From the NCBI RefSeq assembly GCF_964204865.1, contig NC_135252.1:20398001-20462000 (forward strand): a stretch of 64,000 bases of DNA. The letters are read 5' to 3'. The position numbers and the translations under genes are program-made. The DNA comes from Styela clava. Lineage: Eukaryota. Shown here piece after piece: positions 1 to 12,735 of the stretch (position 1 is its first letter; each line of letters starts with the position of its first letter). Below the pieces are notes generated by a model, which was not told where the DNA came from, searched no databases, and saw only the letters and a list, made by a program, of their open reading frames with translations.

Positions 1-3000
1 AAAAGATAAATTAACGGATAAGTATTTCAACAAAATAGTAGAGATGTACACGGATGCTGAGAATTGGTTCCTGGTTTCCTATGTATGTATAGCACACGTT
101 CTTTTTTAATATAAAATAATATTAACATTAATATTTTAATATCAATGTTAAAGTTGCAAAGCAACTGTTCTAGCTTTTATGAATTTTAAACAAAAATAGA
201 CGCAGTTTTTTATTTTTATTTAGAAAGAGATTTCGCATAAAGAACTTAGAGATAAACGCGAGGACTTAGAAACAGTTGCTTCTAACATTTTAGAGAGTAT
301 GCAAGATGAGAAACAGGTGACAACTTAACTATAATAATTCTGTGAATATGACATCTTAGTCTTTATACTATATATAATTCGTTTCGTGTATTAGGTCCTT
401 CAGCACATCATTTCTCCTATAAAATTGATGTTCATAACTTGTTTAATTGTATTAATATAATTGTTATATAAATTTTCTATTCTTTAATCATAAAACTCAC
501 TTGCTACATTCTAATATATTCCTCCACTCCTTAATTGCGGTTCATGCTACAATGGCTGGAAACTAGCCTCTTTTTGCCCGACAATTAGATTATAGTGTAC
601 TTGTGTATATTATTCTTGGTCTATCCTGCCAAATTAATCCACCGTTTTATGTATATTTCATGTCCTGTCATTTATTATTCTGCAAACAATTTTAATCATT
701 TTCTGATATCCCACCTATGCACAACATTAGGTTGATATTATATAATTACTGTTTCAATTACCATTATGTGGTTGTTATGGTTTATTTAATCAACTGTGAG
801 TGTGATTAACATTTATCGATATTGCAATAAATTAATAAATTTGGCAATTTTTGATACTCCTACCACCAAAGTTTACGTTTGGGGGATACCAAATTAATCC
901 ACTGTTTTATATATATCTCATGTATTATCATTCTGCAAACATTTCCATTCATTTTCTGCTATCCTATCTATGCACAACATTAGGTCTGGTGTTATACCAC
1001 CCTAGTTACCCAAAACTGCTCCGCTAAGTGACTTTTGAAATTCATATGATGCTCCTTAATATAATTAAATTTCCAATTACTGTTAAGCGGCTGTTATGGA
1101 TTATTTAATTAACTGTGAGTGTGATTAAAATTTATCGATATGCGATATCTTGATAGATTTGACCATTTTTTTTTTATACTACTACCACTAAAGTTTACGT
1201 TTGGAGTAGACTATGAATTATTGCAAGAATTGAAATGGTTTCCGGCAATTGTAACTGTCTCATCTTTGTCTTTAATAAATCATATCTGCTTAAATTTGCA
1301 TATGTCTATTTAGGTATTATTGTAGTATTAATATTTTTTTTTATTTTTTTATAGTGTTAAAATGATGTATTAAATGATTCTCATATATAGGCTCATTTAG
1401 AATTAAGTATCTATTTCGGAAACGCACTCCTCTTTTTCTACCATTAACATTAATTTAAAACAAAAACCACATTATGTTACTGTTATAAATGTGTCATTTT
1501 TCACAATAAATTCCCAACCCTGATTAGATGAATTCAAAATTTATCCTCGTTTTAATCAGATATATCCTCGTTTTGTAAATAGTGTAAATAGTTCTCTATA
1601 AACTGAGAGTTAAATAAAAAAGAACCTGTGTCAATTTATGTATATATTCATGTGTTATATTGGGTGGTAACTGACTCAGATCGGTATCGGTACCTCCCAG
1701 TCATACCGAAAACTTTTGTTTCACTTATTTAGTTATTATTATATTTTATATTATGTGTTTTCTGGTTGACGAAATAATAAATTCTCTCTCTTATGGTCAA
1801 CTTCTTTTTATAACCGAGTTTCACAGATACTCTTGAAGGTTCGTTTCAATTTCAAAGATCAAATGAACAAAAGAAAAAATTTAAAATAAGACATGTGACA
1901 GCATGTCTGTTGTAACATTTTAAATTAATCAGAATAAAAAAGACATATTTTGATATTGATATTTTTTTTTCATCGAGTCTTTTTTATATTGTTCGTAATC
2001 ACAGAAACGTGATCGTTTGAGATTGATATTTAGTCAATGTAACATTGCAGAAAGACATATCGAGGTGAATATCGCGAGGTGAATATTGCCTATGTTGGTA
2101 TTAAAGGTTGAAATCTTTATTGAAATGCCATATCAACATACTAACCCAGTGTGTAATAAATTGGCTAAAAAATATCAAAACTGTATTAGTCTATTAACAT
2201 ATTAGCTTATGTCACATTCTAAGGTATTGAGAAAATCGCATTTTTGTAATAGTTAAATAAAAACCTACCTTAACTAATTTACCTAAAATAAGTTACCTAA
2301 AATAAAAACTAAAAGGTCCAGGTTTGTAACCCCAAAATGGTCTATAAATACATAAATTCAGATAATTTCTAAAAAATATGACTTGAGCTCCTTTGATTCT
2401 ACTCGATTGGTGTCGTAAAAAATTTATTTGGTTTTTTTTTTGTTCAGGAAAATTCAGATACGATCCAACTGGAAGTCCAATATTTGGATATACGCAAAAT
2501 GACTGAAGATGTGTACAAAAAGTTAAAAAGAATTGACACGGTGGGGTGATTATTTTAAAATGTATTCCCTTTTGAAGCTTGCTACATTTGGACTTAGTTT
2601 CGTCAATTTTAATTTTCGTAGACCTGTCTGTTACTTTCAATATTATAACGTTTTTTCTTCCCGTTGTATATATGATAAAATATAGACAATATTATTTAAA
2701 TTATTATTTTTTCAATCATTACTGATTATGAATAATAAATGTTTTTAGTTAGAAAAGGCTGAGGTGGCAAGGAGGCAAGCCGAAGAGCAAAGAAAGAAAG
2801 ATGATATGTCTCAAAAAGTGAAGAGATACATCGACCGTGTCCAACGTCTTACTGTGTTTGAGCCTCTCACGTCTAGATTGACAAAGAACGATGAAGCTCG
2901 AATTCAATCTGAATGCATCAAAGCAAATCAGTTTTTAATTGCGGTACACGAACCTATTTGCTCAGAATCTTAAAATATCTAAAAAGGGTTTAAGCGTAAT

Positions 3001-6000
3001 GTTGTGACGTCCAATATGGCCACATACGTTGGGACAAGTCATACAAAATTAGATTCTTTACTGGAATATTTTCAAGTCATTGTGGAAAATACCGCTAGTG
3101 TCAGTATTTGGCCTAAAGTTAGTTTTTCACCGTGTGGTTTTCATCACCAATATTCTGTCAAATATAATAAAACGTTTATTCATCTAATAGGAAAACTTGA
3201 CTTCTACTGAAATTGAAAAAAAGTGTAGAGAACTAGAGGAATATGTTCAAATTATTTACAAGAAGTCGAAAACATGGGAAGAGGTATTTGATCTAGTTGT
3301 TGCTTGTTTTTTTTTTCCAAAATCAGTTCATGTGTTATATGTAATGTATATTATATCTTCGATCAAAAAAATGAATTTTTTTGAAATTCAATTGAGTTTA
3401 ATATTCACGACTTATTAACCTGTAGAGTAGAGTTTTGTTTTCTCAAAATTTATACATATTCGCTACTTTCGAAATTTTTCTATGATTTTGTAATTTCGCT
3501 TTTAATGAGGATATATATGCGAATCCAATCGGACATAGAATCTTGTTTTATGAGAATGGATTTGACGTGATTCGTTCAAATTTGATGAATTACAGAAAAC
3601 TCTCAATGATATTTTTAATGCGTTACGGGCCAGAAAAATAGAGGCGAGATTTTACTATCTACGGTATTTGAATGTCTTGCACCATACCTGTAAATTCATT
3701 GGAGCAGTACTTATGTGGGAGAACTTTATTTCCGAATATATGTTTAAATATTTATTACTAGGTGTAATTTAATTTCTTGGTACGTTCTGGGTCAAGATAG
3801 GTGTAATTGTGAGGAAGTTGTTACTGTAGAGCAGAGTAAAGTCAGTCAAATTATACCGAAATATTATCTGATTGGGAAAATGCACCCAAGCTAAATTGGT
3901 CGCAGAGTAGGGAAACAACATTCTGGCCATACTTAATCTACTAAAATAGTTGCATACCTTTTTTTTAAAGTAAAGTATTTATCACCAATTATTATTTTCC
4001 AAATAACTATGCCATTAACTAATAATTGAATGTTACTTTTCTCAGCAAAACTTCAAATTAAATATAGCTGAGGTTCTTACTAAATTATTCCTAGCTATAT
4101 TTATATCAACTAGCCATTTTTAAAAAACAATGAAATTTAATTTCGGGAAAGATCGAAGCTGAGCGTGAACGAGAGCGGGCAGAAACGATTAGAAAACGCG
4201 CGGAAGTAATCAACAATCTTCGAGCATACATTTCTGATGTCAAATCGCTGGTTGTATTCAAACAGTTCAAGAACAGATTGACTGAAGAAGATTTTAGATT
4301 GCTATTTAGTCAATGTAACATCGCAGAAAGACATATCAGGGTGAATATCGCGTTATTGTTCCATCTTATACTTCACTATGACTTTGCACTATACGAGCAG
4401 CTGTTACTTTGTAGTTAGAGGACGTGACTATGTTGGTATTAAAGGTTGAAATCTTTATTGAAATGCCATATCAACATACTAACCCAGTGTGTAATGAATT
4501 GGCTAAAAAATATCATAACTGTATTAGTCTATTAACATATTAGCTTATGTCACATTCTAAGGTATTGAGAAAATCGCATTTTTGTAATAGTTAAATAAAA
4601 ACCTACCTTAACTATTTTACCTAAAATAAGTTACCTAAAATAAAAACTAAAAGGTCCAGGTTTGTAACCCCAAAACGGTTTATAGATACATAAATCAGAC
4701 CATTTCTGAAAAATATGACTTGAGCTCCTTTGTTTCTACTTGATTGGTGTTGTAAATTATTTAATTGTTTTTTTTTTGTTATTTTTGTTCAGGAAAATTC
4801 AGATACGATCCAACTGGAAGTCCAATATTTGGATATACGCAAAATGACTGAACATGTGTACAAAAAGTTGGAAAGAATTGACACGGTGGGGTGATTATTC
4901 TAAAATGTAATTCCTTTTGAAGCTTGCTACATTTGTACTTAGTTTCGTCAATTTTACTTTTCGTAGACCTGTCTGTTACTTTTAATATTATAACGTTTTT
5001 TCTTCTCGTTTCATATATGATAAAATATAGACAATATTATTTAAATTATTATTTTTTCAATCATTACTGATTATGAATATTAAATGTTTTTAGTTAGAAA
5101 AGGCTGAGGTGGCAAGGAGGCAAGCTGAAGAGCGAATAAAGAAAGCTGAAATGTCTCAAAAACTGAAGAATTACATCGACCGTGTCCAACGTCTTACTGT
5201 GTTTGAGCCTCTCACGTCTAGATTGACAAAACACGATGAGGATCGAATTCAATCTGAATGCATCAAAGCAAATCAGTTTTTAATTGCGGTACACAAACCT
5301 ATTTGCTCAGAATCTTAAAATATCAAAAAAGGGTTTAAGCGTAATGTTGTGACGTCCAATATGGCCACATACGTTGGGAAGTCCTACAAAATTAGATTCT
5401 TAACTGGAATATTTTCAAGTCATTGTAGAAAATACCGCTAGTGTCAGTATTTGGCCTAAAGTTAGTTTTTCACCGTGTGGTTTTTATCACCAATATTCTG
5501 TCAAATATAATAAAACGTTTATTCACCTAATAGGAAAACTTGACTTCTGCTGAAATTGAAAAAAAGTGTAGAGAACTAGAGGAATATGTTCAAATTATTT
5601 ACAAGAAGTTGGAAACAAGGGAGGAGGTATTTGATCTAGTTGTTGCTTGTTTATTCCAAAATTAGTTCATGTGTTATATGTAATGTATATTATATCTTCG
5701 ATCAAAAAAATGAATTTTTTTGAAATTCAATTGAGTTTATTATTCACGACTTTTTAACCTGTAGAGTAGATCTTTTGTTTTCTCAAAATTTATACATATT
5801 CGCTACTTTCCAAATTTTTCTATAATTTCGTAATTGTGCTATTAATGAGAATATATCTGCGAATCCAATCGGACATAGAATCTTGTTTTATGGGAATGGA
5901 TTTGACGTGATTGTTCGCTAAAATTTAGTGATTGAGATGTTAGCTTGTTCGTTCGTTTTTTGTGTAAATCCTCCAACATATAGCTGTGTCCTTCACAGTA

Positions 6001-7271
6001 TTGTTCAAACTTTTTCAAGTAAAGCGGTGTTACTGATCTACTGATTCTAAAAATGAGCCTATACGTACAATTCTTAGTGCTCCAGTCTTTACATATTAAC
6101 TCTTCTATCAGAAATCTTTCGATATTTGGTTGATGGCTCTGGATCTCGCTTTGAGCAGTTTAACATAAAAGTATTATTTCAGAAGTTTCCTTTTGTCTTA
6201 TCTAAGCTTATCTAAGTGCATAAATTACTGGAAACAGTTAGTTATTCACAACAGAGGAAAAGATAAAATAACGGATAGTATTTCAACAAAATAGTTGAGA
6301 TGTACACGGATGCTGAGAATTGGTTTCTGGTTTCCCATGTATGTATAGGACACGTCCTTTTAATAAAATAATATTAACATTAATATTTTAATATCAATGT
6401 TAAAGTTGCAAAGCAACTGTTCTAGCTTTTATGAATTTTAAACAAAAATAGACGCAGTTTTTTTATTCCTATTTTAGAAAGATATTTCGCAGAAAGAACT
6501 TAGAGATAAACGTGAGGACTTAGAAACAGTTGCTTCTAAAATTTTAAAGAGTATGCAAGATGAGAAACAGGTGACAACTTAATTATAATAATTCTGTGAA
6601 TATGACACCTTAGTCTTTATACTATATATAATTCGTGTATTAGGTCCTTCAGCACATCATTTTATGGTCAACGTCTGTTTATGACCGAGTTTCACAGATA
6701 CTCGTGAAAGTTCGTTTCAATTTCAAAGATCAAATGAACAAACGAAAATATTTAAAATTAGACATGTGACAGCATGTCTCTTGTAACATTTTAATTCAAT
6801 CAGAATAAGAAAGACATATTTTGATATTGATATTTTTTTTTCATCGAAATGAGTCGTTTTTTATATTGTTCGTAATCACAGAAACGTGATCGAAAAATAG
6901 TCAGAGAAGCCGATGAATGTCGAATGTTTATCAGTCGTGTCAGATCCTTTGCTGTTTTTGGAGAACAACGAAACAAACTCACGTCAGAGGATATAAAGTC
7001 AATAACAAGAAAATGTAATGAATTAAAAGGATGGCTTAGTTCATACCCAGTGAGAAATTTTTCTAATTCTTAGGTTAAATATTTCTCTTCATATATTTAT
7101 TTTTCTGTTTCTACTGACATCAATTTTAAATATCACACTTTGCATAAAACTTAAAAAAAGAAATAAAATTATTTTTAGATTACTGAGGATGAAATAGAGA
7201 AACAAAGAACGGAATTAATGGAGTTTGTAGAAAGATTGAGAAACCGAATAAAAAAAGAACAACAAGTATAG
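1..7271 (+). CDS. 3' end of HSP70-lid-like tandem-repeat gene, copy 1 (5' part upstream of window; rearranged, one exon damaged)
   Basis: Phase-0 AG/GT exons near-identical to copy 2: <1-82, 224-316, 2005-2064 (chimeric), 2448-2540, 2749-2943, 3191-3283, 4152-4340, 4793-4885, 5094-5288, 5534-5626, ~6205-6338 (acceptor deleted, 1-bp deletion), 6478-6570, 6882-7049, 7179-7265, then GTA TAG. Confidence 0.75.
414..1790. mobile_element. ~1.4 kb intronic insertion, possibly a non-LTR 3' fragment or composite repeat
   Basis: Absent from the paralogous introns (6651 and ~49831 read cagcacatcattttatggtcaac). No TSD. Internal ~300-bp diverged direct repeat (~570-880 / ~890-1200). Ends gacgaaataataaattctctctc. 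Confidence 0.5.
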
Positions 7272-7501
7272 TTTTTATATTATAATCATAAAACTCAGTA
7301 GCACAAATTATTACAAGTCTTCTAAAAAGAAATTGAATTGCCTTCCTCATTAAATCTGACTACCTAAAGGCAGTTTTTGCGGGTAATATTTGGAACGGGA
7401 TTCTTGTTGCGTATACTATTCAAAATAATATTTATCAAAAAATTTTGCTATTAAGACCAATAGGTAATATTTTCAGAAGTGTCGTATAATGTGATAAACT
7501 T

Positions 7502-7760
7502 ATTATTTTAATCTAAAACAGTGAGAAACGCAGATGAAATGAACAATTTTGTAACCAAAATATATGGCATCTTAGTAATACACTGATCAAATCATATTTT
7601 ATGAAAAGCACTAATGAAAAGAAGCAAGCTGAATTGAAACAAACGGAACTACTTTAAACAGCCAAATCGTGATTGTCTCCTTGATCAATTGACACAAAGA
7701 TTCATTATCGAAGAAGAAAATAAAAAGAAGAAAAAGATTCAAAAATCATTTGCAACATAG
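7502..7760 (+). pseudogene. decayed exon-like segment downstream of the last lid repeat (also ~50700-50941)
   Basis: Coding-like purine-rich text (DEMNNFVTKIYGIL..., EEENKKKKKIQKSFAT*) with internal stops; AATAAA follows at ~7850 and ~51030. Confidence 0.35.
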
Positions 7761-9259
7761 CCGATGATGTGTTGCCCGGTGACGCCCCCACCGAAACATA
7801 TGCCCCCTGTGTTTATATAACTTAGAATCTGAGTTTTATTGTGGCTTTAAATAAAGATTTTTTCTGTTTTTTTTTTTTTAATTTTTATTATGTATATTCA
7901 TGCTTGCATTATACCCCCAAATTTTTAAAACCCATAATTAAAATTGAGAATTTCGTAATCGTACAATTTACAGCAAATTAGGATGTATAGATTTAGAATG
8001 ACTTTGTTTCAGGTAATTAGTCGTACCTAATTTTTGAATTTTGTAAATTTCTTGTTTTTGTTTGAATACCCCATGCTTTTTTAGATTATTAACATTAAAT
8101 TAGTTTGCGTAATCTGGTTACTAAAAAAGTTAGGAGGGTTTTATCGTAATATTGAAGTTGAAGTAACCTAGCTTAGAATAGAACAACAATGTCTTGATAT
8201 CATCAATAAACATATGAAAATGTACCCTGTTTTGTATTATTGTGTTGATATTTTTTAGTTGGGAAAATGAAAGAATTTCTGTAGTTGCGTTGGCGAAATA
8301 TTCTTGAAAAGAAATCAGCATAGAATTGTCTTGACAATTTCTAAGAAACTTCAAATGAACGGAACGATAGATAATAAAGGAGATAACTTTAAGTGAAGCT
8401 ACACAGACGAGTTATTTATATTTTTTCTCATTTTTTATATGGAATATTTGTTGACTCACTAGCAAAATCTGGAGTTAAGGATATGCCTCAGTGAATGCCG
8501 GACACAGCAAAGTTTGAGGATTTCATGTACGAACATTGGAATTTTGACATCTTTTCATTTAAAAATATTACAATCAATTTATTTTTTTTTTAATCTGATA
8601 TTCAATCGTGGGTTAGCGCAATATTCCAATAACAAATTACAGAAGTTCAACAATTAAAATTTATTTTTTGTTCGTTTTCACAAAACATACTTTTAAAGAT
8701 GGATTATCACGCAAAAAATTTTGTGGCGAATTTGATTTTATATATTTTTTTAAAATGTTTGGCATTTACCGTTAACATAAAGTGGACTTCGTTTGCGAGA
8801 ATTGAATTTTCAAAAGACAACCCTGCCAAAATCGAACGCAAATTAGTATGTTCTCTTGACGACGAAGTAGTGAGAACTCGTCGGCGTAATTTTGCGTTGA
8901 GTCAAGGATATTTTTTGCGTTTTGTGTATTTATTTTGAAGCGTATGCAAATTCTATTGCATTTGAAAAACGCTTCTGTGGTTTATATACATACCAATATC
9001 TTCAAATAATATCATTGCATCATAATTAATTACAGTGAATTCAACTAATCGAGGTCAAGATGTACTCGAGTTCTGTGCTGGATCTTTTGCTGCAACATAT
9101 TTTCCAACGAAATAATGCATACCAGACAATTCATTGTCTTGAATCATCTAGATTTTATAATTTATGTGGGTTTATTCTAATTCTGTGACTAGTTTTTTGT
9201 TATATTGCCGGTATACATACATTGAATTAGCATAATTCGTATGTTAAAAATTACTATTT

Positions 9260-9470
9260 AAATATTTATTTTCCTGTTTCTACTGACATCAAATGTAAAT
9301 ATCACACTTTGCATGGAACTTAAAAAAAAATTAAAATTATCTTTAGATTACTGAGGATGAAATAGAGCAACAAAGATCGGGATTAATGGAGTTTGTAGAA
9401 AGATTGAGAAATCGAATAAAAGAAGAACAACAAGTATAGTTTTTATATTATAATCCTAAACCTCAGTCGC
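9260..9470 (+). pseudogene. orphan duplicate of the last B exon with flanks (copy-2 version at ~52437-52760 is interrupted)
   Basis: Copy of ~7090-7300 (ITEDEIEQQRSGLMEFVERLRNRIKEEQQV*) with no partner A exon. Confidence 0.7.
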
Positions 9471-10098
9471 AAAATGAAAGAAAATAACCGGTAAATATCA
9501 AATCTTTTAAAGTACCGGTAATCTAGCTGCTCTCATTGAAATCGTGCCAAATTCGCTGACCAATCGCTAAAATGCGATCAATCTGTCATAAAATTCGAAA
9601 GCTATCGATCCAATTATTAAAAAGAAAGACGATCTTTTTCAAGAATAATATCAACAACAGCAACAGCAACGATTTAACACAACGATTCATAGATCCACTG
9701 CATATCCAATAATATGTAGCACAAAATGTTGGGTAGAGAAAACATAAAAACTGTTGGGAAAATCGTAAATAAGTGTAGAAAGAGAGAAATTATCGATGTG
9801 ATGCTTCTGAAATTCTAATAAAATATCGTATCACATGGAAATAAAAATAATAGCTTACTATCCTAGCTACTTCACCCCTATTTTCAATTTATGAAAAAAA
9901 GTGAAATTAATAGATCTATGAGTAGCGAAGGAAATCAAGTATTTTAACAGCAACTACAATTTAACAATACGGTCATCCATCTTGTAAAGGTGCAATTTTG
10001 TATAAATTAACTCACCCATACTCCCTCGTTTACTTCGTTGTACTTGGCGATAATTTTTTCTTTGTTTGAATTCTTAATTAAATGTTGCAGATCTTGAG

Positions 10099-10378
10099 AT
10101 CGATAAGTATGTTGATAGGTATTTGTCTGTCTGTATGTCTGTGTGTTAGATGCACGCGATATCTCACGAAAGCGAGGTTGAATCTTCTCCAAATTTTGCA
10201 TGTGCATTCATCATAGCTCGGATCAGTAGCCTATTGATATTGGATGGATTAGGTCTTATAATTAGCTAATAAGTTAATAAATAATTAATAATGGGGCACG
10301 CGGTGTCACTATAGAGTCATGAATCGAAACCGCAGTTTCGATCGATAAGTCTTCGGTCCCCGACCGATATTCTCGTTT
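10099..10378 (+). mobile_element. Helentron-associated / DINE-1-like element (copy 2 at ~53395-53669)
   Basis: (GTCT)n microsatellite, subterminal atcgataagt, 3' hairpin cggtc-ccc-gaccg then a T-rich end; same family as 16973 and 29081. Confidence 0.65.
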
Positions 10379-11373
10379 AGTTATTATTAGTTATGCTAAG
10401 ACAGTGTTAAAATGTATACGTAAGTTATCAAGCACCTGTAAATTCCTACCATGTATAATAATTTCAGTTGAGCACTAGCTCATATAAGGTTGTTGAATAG
10501 GTACGATGCGGTAATGTCAAGAAAGGCTAGACCTAAAAAAATATGCCACAAACAACGATACGGTATTTGTATGCTTGTATGGAAGGTTTATGACTTGAAT
10601 ATTCAGCAGACCTATACTACTATATAAGCTACAGCATATTTGATTCGGAAAATAATGACCGTTTTTGTAATGCACGTTTGTGAGAAAGAGGGGGGAATCA
10701 CCAATTTTACTGATGTCAGTTGGTCCAAATTCATAAAGCCAATAAAAACGTGGGCAGCAACGATAAGTTATGCAGATGTTGAAGGAAATGAAGCGATTGA
10801 GAGGAGACAAATCATGTATCAAGTTGTAGGCTAACAGTTGATGTTTTAATAAATACAGGGCATTTCAGACTGTGATTTAAATGAATCAGTGTAGATATAG
10901 TCTAGCATGTAAGCTCTGCAGAACATATATTGCTACTAAGCGTTTTCCACCTTTTATAGACTTCTCTGTCCTTCCCCCGAAATATATTGATCAAAAAATA
11001 ATTTCATCATACTATATCCTTAGAATATAACAGCACATTCACGCAACAATTCAATTTTTCAGGTAAAAAAGACAATCATATTACCCAAAGCTGGAAAAAA
11101 AAATTAAAATGTAATTCATTTATGAGATACCATGATAGTACTATATTGTAACGGACGTATCTTTTTGGACATATTGCTCATACCTGCTTTTATATATACC
11201 AGAGGTGGCAAACACATCGATCGCGATCGACCGGTCGATCGCCACGTCTCGAGCAGTCGATCGCGTCTGATGTTGAATGAATTTATTAACATACCCCAAA
11301 AATTGCTTTGAACCATTTCGGAGTTTTAAAACAGGAAGAATACAGTAAACGTATACAGCGCGTGTGTCTTGAC

Positions 11374-12250
11374 CAGGGGTCTTAAAACTTAATTTACCTG
11401 GTGACCGCCGAGACGGAGCCTTAGTGAGTCCGGGCCGCAACCGTTTTTTCACAATAAAAGCATTAAACTTAAAAAGTTAAATCTTTTTCACTGTATTTCT
11501 ATACGCAAAACATGTCAAAAATGTAAAGTGTGTAAGTAACTCCGCGATGGACCTTTCCCCGAGCATCTACTTCCTTGTTTATTCCGTAACATGGGCTAAT
11601 CCGCAAGACGCAAAAAGTGACGTAACAATAGACTTATTTGCATACGCTCAGACATTTGTCAATCAGAAATATTTTCAGGCATGTTTGTAAACATTACCTC
11701 GTTTTTGCATGCTATTTGTTAGTTTTAGGTTGTGTTTCAGAAATTCAAGTATGAATCAAAGAACTCAATGATCATTCTGATTGATTGGGCGTCGTGGCTT
11801 AATTGCTGCAATCAAAAGTCTAGAAATAGCTGTGATAAACTTGGCTAAACTTCTCTATCGGTACTGTTGAAAAACAGGTTGTTGAATGTTTTGAATCGAA
11901 ACGATGACGTGAAACATATAACCCAGTTTATAGGCTTCAACTCGCGAAGCCACCTCTAAAATAAGCACCAAGAATTTGCAATGGTAAAGTATAAGAAAAT
12001 TTTCGGGGTGAAAGGTCCATCGAATATCATGCCTACAGGTACGGTACTAGTAGGTTACCGTACCGCATATTCCTTTTGGGGAATAGATTATAAAATATTT
12101 CGTTTTTCTCTACTTGTCCTGATCATATATTAAATGCATCAATCATTCTAACTGAACTGAGTGACTTGCGGGCCGCACTAACATTAAACTTTCGTACCAA
12201 GGCGGGAGCCGCAAACTATCGTCCTGCGGGCCGCGAGTTTGAGACCCCTG
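11374..12250. mobile_element. hAT MITE nested in 11200-13061 (copy 2 at 54673-55519)
   Basis: TIR caggggtct...agacccctg; perfect TSD gtcttgac. Confidence 0.9.
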
Positions 12251-12419
12251 GTCTTGACTGACAAACGAATATGCAATTAGCTTCTGCAGTATGCGAAAGT
12301 AGATGTCTCACTCCAAGCGAGCAAAGAATATCCCTATGAGGAAATTGTAAATTAGATACTGAAGTTTGAGCAGTCCGATACATTCATCGTTTGAGAATAT
12401 TCATTTTCACGGTTTAGAT

Positions 12420-12735
12420 CACTGTTTCTCAACCAGGCGCCATGGCCCACCTTTGGGCCACAGAAACATTTTCAGGTGGGCCACATACCCATTGAAAATT
12501 TCTAGAGTTATTGATAAATCACTTTGATCGTAGTAGCAATGAATGATGAGGCTGTTTTTGCCACTGAGTGTCCAATCTCATTTTATTTATTAAAGTTGAA
12601 GTGTATATCTTTATAAAAAGGATTTTTTTTCTATTTTTCCCGTGGTTTTTTCATTACATGAGTAATTTAATGTGCAACAACAATTTTTGTGCAAAATAAG
12701 TGGGCAATAAATGAAGAAAAGGTTAAGAACCACTG
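12420..12735. mobile_element. hAT/Charlie-type MITE nested in 11200-13061 (copy 2 at 55690-56005)
   Basis: TIR cactgtttctcaacc...ggttaagaaccactg; TSD gtttagat/gtctagat (perfect in copy 2), matching the NTCTAGAN-type target. Confidence 0.85.

Noticed and set aside
10500-10834. Possible decayed exons with a vague cystatin-like look (YYISYSI...C...QVVG)
   Set aside because: Stops and frameshifts, motif order unconvincing, and the ORF is broken in copy 2.
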